A stretch of 64,000 bases of DNA. Source: a virus. The position numbers and the translations under genes were made by a program. This document shows, in pieces, positions 61,378 to 64,000 of the stretch. The notes under the pieces were generated by a model that saw nothing but the letters and a program-made list of their open reading frames with translations, searched no databases and was not told the DNA's origin. Every line of letters begins with the position of its first letter. Position 1 is the first letter of the stretch. The stretch covers positions 7,915-71,914 of IMG/VR virus record IMGVR_UViG_3300020219_000016; one strand, 5' to 3'.

Positions 61378-62820
61378 CTATGCCGAAACGCCAAAGACCC
61401 TGCTGAGTTCATCCGCGTTGATTGTTTTGGCCGACGTGAATACGTTCTGCCATCTGTCGCCAGTCCATAGCATAGCGCTGCCAGCCGCACTCTCAGCGGT
61501 TTCCTGAAGTCCTGGGGAAAACTGCTGCGCAGCGCGTGTGATACCCTGGATAACGTCAAACGCCGTCACTCGGCTGAACTCGGTTCGCTGGTCTTTAAAT
61601 CCGTTTAGAATTCCGTCTGCAGCATTCTTCGTCAACCCTGGGATATTCAAGGAACGCAGAACAGCGCCGATTGCCGGAATAGCATCGATCGTCGCGCTGT
61701 GTTCGCGTGTCAACAGCATTGCATCGATACCGCTACCGAGTAGCGGAATCTGACGGTTCAGATTCTCGCGAATCAACGACGCAAGCGATTGCAGGTCGAT
61801 TGCGCCGCGATGAACTTTCTTGATTACGCCAGTTCCTTTAACTTCGTCCCAGATACAACCATTCATACAAATCGCTCTGAAGACACTCGGACAGGTTGAA
61901 AGTTTACGCTCGCCAGTTTCCCCATTGCCGAACGCGAGCATTCCGCCGTATTCGGAGTCTGTTTCTGCGCGCATTGAGTCCGGTATCAGGATGTTACCGA
62001 AGATAGAATCGCAATTGTCAGGACTTCGGAAGTGCGAAATTAATCCGTCGGGAATGATCGATCGCATAACTTCCAAAAACCAGCGATTGTCGAGAATTGT
62101 ATACTGTCCAGACAACACAGCGCGCAACGTTCCATCTGTTCGCAGCCTCAACAGATTCTCTTTATCAGAGATATGTCGCAAACCGTTTGTGAAGACATCG
62201 CACAATGTGCGCTTGTCGTTGTCATCGCCAGTGATCAACCTGCGCGGCAGTGTCAATCCGGTTCCAGTCCATGCCGCAAACTGGTCAAGTGACGTTTCGG
62301 TGAACTTCAACCGCGTTCCGTGTTCATCGACCAAACCGACTCCTGCAGTATCGTTGACAACGGTCAGTTTTCCGAATTCGCTGCAGACGTCGCGAGTCTG
62401 ACCCTGTTCGCGTTCAACGTGTTCAAACGCCATATCCCAGGTCATCACACGAGAATCTGACGGATCATTCGCGCGCTCAGTCCATCCGCGCGAAACGTTT
62501 CGGAAACGATCGTCCATCGTTTGAGTCTGATGAACGAAATCACCGGAACGGCCAGTGCCTTTCAACGGTTGCAAGCTGTCAAGCTGCTCAAACTGGTCAG
62601 GGTAATCGTTGAACGTTTCAATCGGTTGAACTGTAATAATCTCGGCGGGTTTCGGCTTGTCGCCGACGTGGACAACGACAAGTCGCTTTGAAACCCGCTT
62701 CACTGTCGGCGCGGGAATCGTCTCGACGTCGCGCAGTGCGACATCGAGACGCGAAACGTTTGGCGCTTCCAATGTTGCCGTGTTGCCAGACGATGCGTTT
62801 TTCAGATGAGCAAGAAACAT
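61378..62820 (-). CDS. DUF932-like phage/plasmid protein
   Basis: LRAVLS..Y..LDN, GNGETG...FRAIC.NG...H. Confidence 0.7.
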   Translation of the reverse strand: MFLAHLKNASSGNTATLEAPNVSRLDVALRDVETIPAPTVKRVSKRLVVVHVGDKPKPAEIITVQPIETFNDYPDQFEQLDSLQPLKGTGRSGDFVHQTQTMDDRFRNVSRGWTERANDPSDSRVMTWDMAFEHVEREQGQTRDVCSEFGKLTVVNDTAGVGLVDEHGTRLKFTETSLDQFAAWTGTGLTLPRRLITGDDNDKRTLCDVFTNGLRHISDKENLLRLRTDGTLRAVLSGQYTILDNRWFLEVMRSIIPDGLISHFRSPDNCDSIFGNILIPDSMRAETDSEYGGMLAFGNGETGERKLSTCPSVFRAICMNGCIWDEVKGTGVIKKVHRGAIDLQSLASLIRENLNRQIPLLGSGIDAMLLTREHSATIDAIPAIGAVLRSLNIPGLTKNAADGILNGFKDQRTEFSRVTAFDVIQGITRAAQQFSPGLQETAESAAGSAMLWTGDRWQNVFTSAKTINADELSRVFGVSA

Positions 62821-62957
62821 GACAGAACTCCTGTTTGAGGTTCGAATTGTGGCAATTCGAACCTGTTGAAAATGCGCCAAAAATGGCGCGAATAGCGGGA
62901 ACAAACCCGCAATTCTGCGCACTGTTGCCAGTGCGCAGTGTTGCGAATTCGGCCTGG

Positions 62958-63245
62958 CTATTCTCCCGAATAACCAACCGGAACTGTGATTACCTGGGAA
63001 GTGCAAATGTAAACCATGTTCGACCAGCCAGAGCGGGAATACGCTCCCGGAAAGCGAATCCGCATTCCACCGCAAGTGAAGTGTCCACCGCGCGTCCCCG
63101 TCAGCTTCGGTGCGTTGCAATCAGCAGACTCGATGACAGGAACTGCAGACGAAACGCCGAAACGGGAACGCAAGTCGGTTCGCAGTGCGGACGCATCGCG
63201 AGAATCCAGACGAAGTGCCAGGTTTGACCATGATGAACTCGACAT
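62958..63245 (-). CDS. hypothetical early protein
   Basis: CAGGAGTTC RBS. Confidence 0.65.
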   Translation of the reverse strand: MSSSSWSNLALRLDSRDASALRTDLRSRFGVSSAVPVIESADCNAPKLTGTRGGHFTCGGMRIRFPGAYSRSGWSNMVYICTSQVITVPVGYSGE

Positions 63246-63357
63246 TGATAGAACTCCTGAAAGTGTGTCCGGTGGTGACCAGACGAAACGGAAAAACGGG
63301 ATCAACAGAAACCCCGCAACCGTGCGCACGGGATGCCATGCGCAGTGTTGCGAGGTT

Positions 63358-63516
63358 TCAGTCGATTACAACGCAACCTGTCACTGTTCCCCCCCACAAT
63401 GATTCCGCGAGCGCCGCTGACTTCGCTATTTCCGCAGTATCTGCGAAACCTATCCAAACAGACCGCACGTGTTGATTCGCAGCGTAAAAAACGATTGTTA
63501 CCTTGTATTTGTACAT
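63358..63516 (-). CDS. small early protein
   Basis: Start-associated TTACAGGAGTTC; first gene after promoter. Confidence 0.65.
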   Translation of the reverse strand: MYKYKVTIVFYAANQHVRSVWIGFADTAEIAKSAALAESLWGGTVTGCVVID

Positions 63517-63583
63517 TGTGAGAACTCCTGTAAGTGGTGATTGCCAGGCCGGTGAATCAGTCACAAGTAGACTGATACGGTGA

Positions 63584-63612
63584 ATAGTAGAATCCGCTAT
63601 CGTATACGTCAA
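63584..63612 (-). promoter_or_regulatory. sigma70-like early promoter (leftward)
   Basis: TTGACG-N17-TACTAT on minus strand. Confidence 0.7.
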
Positions 63613-63757
63613 TACATAAATCGTCAGAAAAGGATAGAATAATCACTTACCGACATGAACTCAAGCAATACGCTGGGAATTATCTCTTTCGAATACGAGA
63701 GAATCAGCACAGCGTGCCGGATAGTGGGAGCGTGGGAGCGTTGGAGTGCCGGCGATA

Positions 63758-63978
63758 GACGCTCACGCCACGCCATCGCCTGATCGCTCACGCTCACGCC
63801 TGATCGCTCACGCCATCACGCCACGCTCACGCCATCACGCCACGCCATCACGCCATCACGCCACGCCATCACGCCTGATCGCTCACGCCTGATCGCTCAC
63901 GCCATCACGCCACGCTCACGCCATCACGCCACGCCATCACGCCTGATCGCTCACGCCATCAAAGCGCCCAAAGCGCCA
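63758..63978. repeat. compound short tandem repeat array
   Basis: Interleaved CACGC, CACGCT, CACGCCAT, CACGCCTGATCGCT units. Confidence 0.9.
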
Positions 63979-64000
63979 AAGGTACTCCCGAAGCGCTGTC

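Larger units (their letters stand above)
59261..63358. repeat. four ~50-bp intergenic hairpin repeats
   Basis: AAACCYCGC..TGCGCAC-N-TGCGCAGT..GGTTT at 59261..59310, 61273..61322, 62903..62950, 63309..63358. Confidence 0.85.

Noticed and set aside
61188-63120. Long N-terminal extensions of the 745-aa and 580-aa ORFs
   Set aside because: The extensions run across intergenic hairpins and other genes; RBS-supported starts are 61187 and 62820.
59261-63358. Leftward early hairpins as attC sites or terminators
   Set aside because: About 50 bp, no extrahelical bases, AAC/GTT not kept in all copies, and no U-tract.
63758-63978. CRISPR array
   Set aside because: Units are 5-14 bp with no unique spacers, and there are no cas genes.

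Overview
This 64 kb window reads as the non-structural (recombination, replication, regulation, early-gene) part of a large tailed dsDNA phage. The host is probably a planctomycete, inferred from the style of the integrase, RimI, DnaN, CsrA and protease. No capsid, tail, terminase or lysis genes are recognisable. From 1 to ~57.2 kb the genes are densely packed on the + strand: RecT and YqaJ exonuclease, two metallophosphoesterases, an SMC-like ATPase, a dead tyrosine integrase beside an intact attP (tRNA-Pro core), DnaN, three DNA methyltransferases, two SF2 helicases, ParB-like, initiator/DnaC/DnaB, ExoX, RuvC-like, an ECF sigma factor, CsrA and many small hypotheticals. From ~57.5 to 63.6 kb a convergent - strand early operon carries a second, extended beta-clamp and a DUF932-like protein. 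The most unusual signals are non-coding: (1) an array of five tRNA-scaffold RNAs whose anticodon arms are replaced by enlarged, structured inserts (3.2-4.3 kb); (2) integron attC-like sites holding the RBS and start codon of small genes that end in TAAC, with no integron integrase in the window; (3) conserved intergenic hairpins punctuating both early operons; (4) a recurrent CGTATATG promoter-like motif and a 26-bp palindrome present three times. All family calls come from motifs read by eye; no searches were run.
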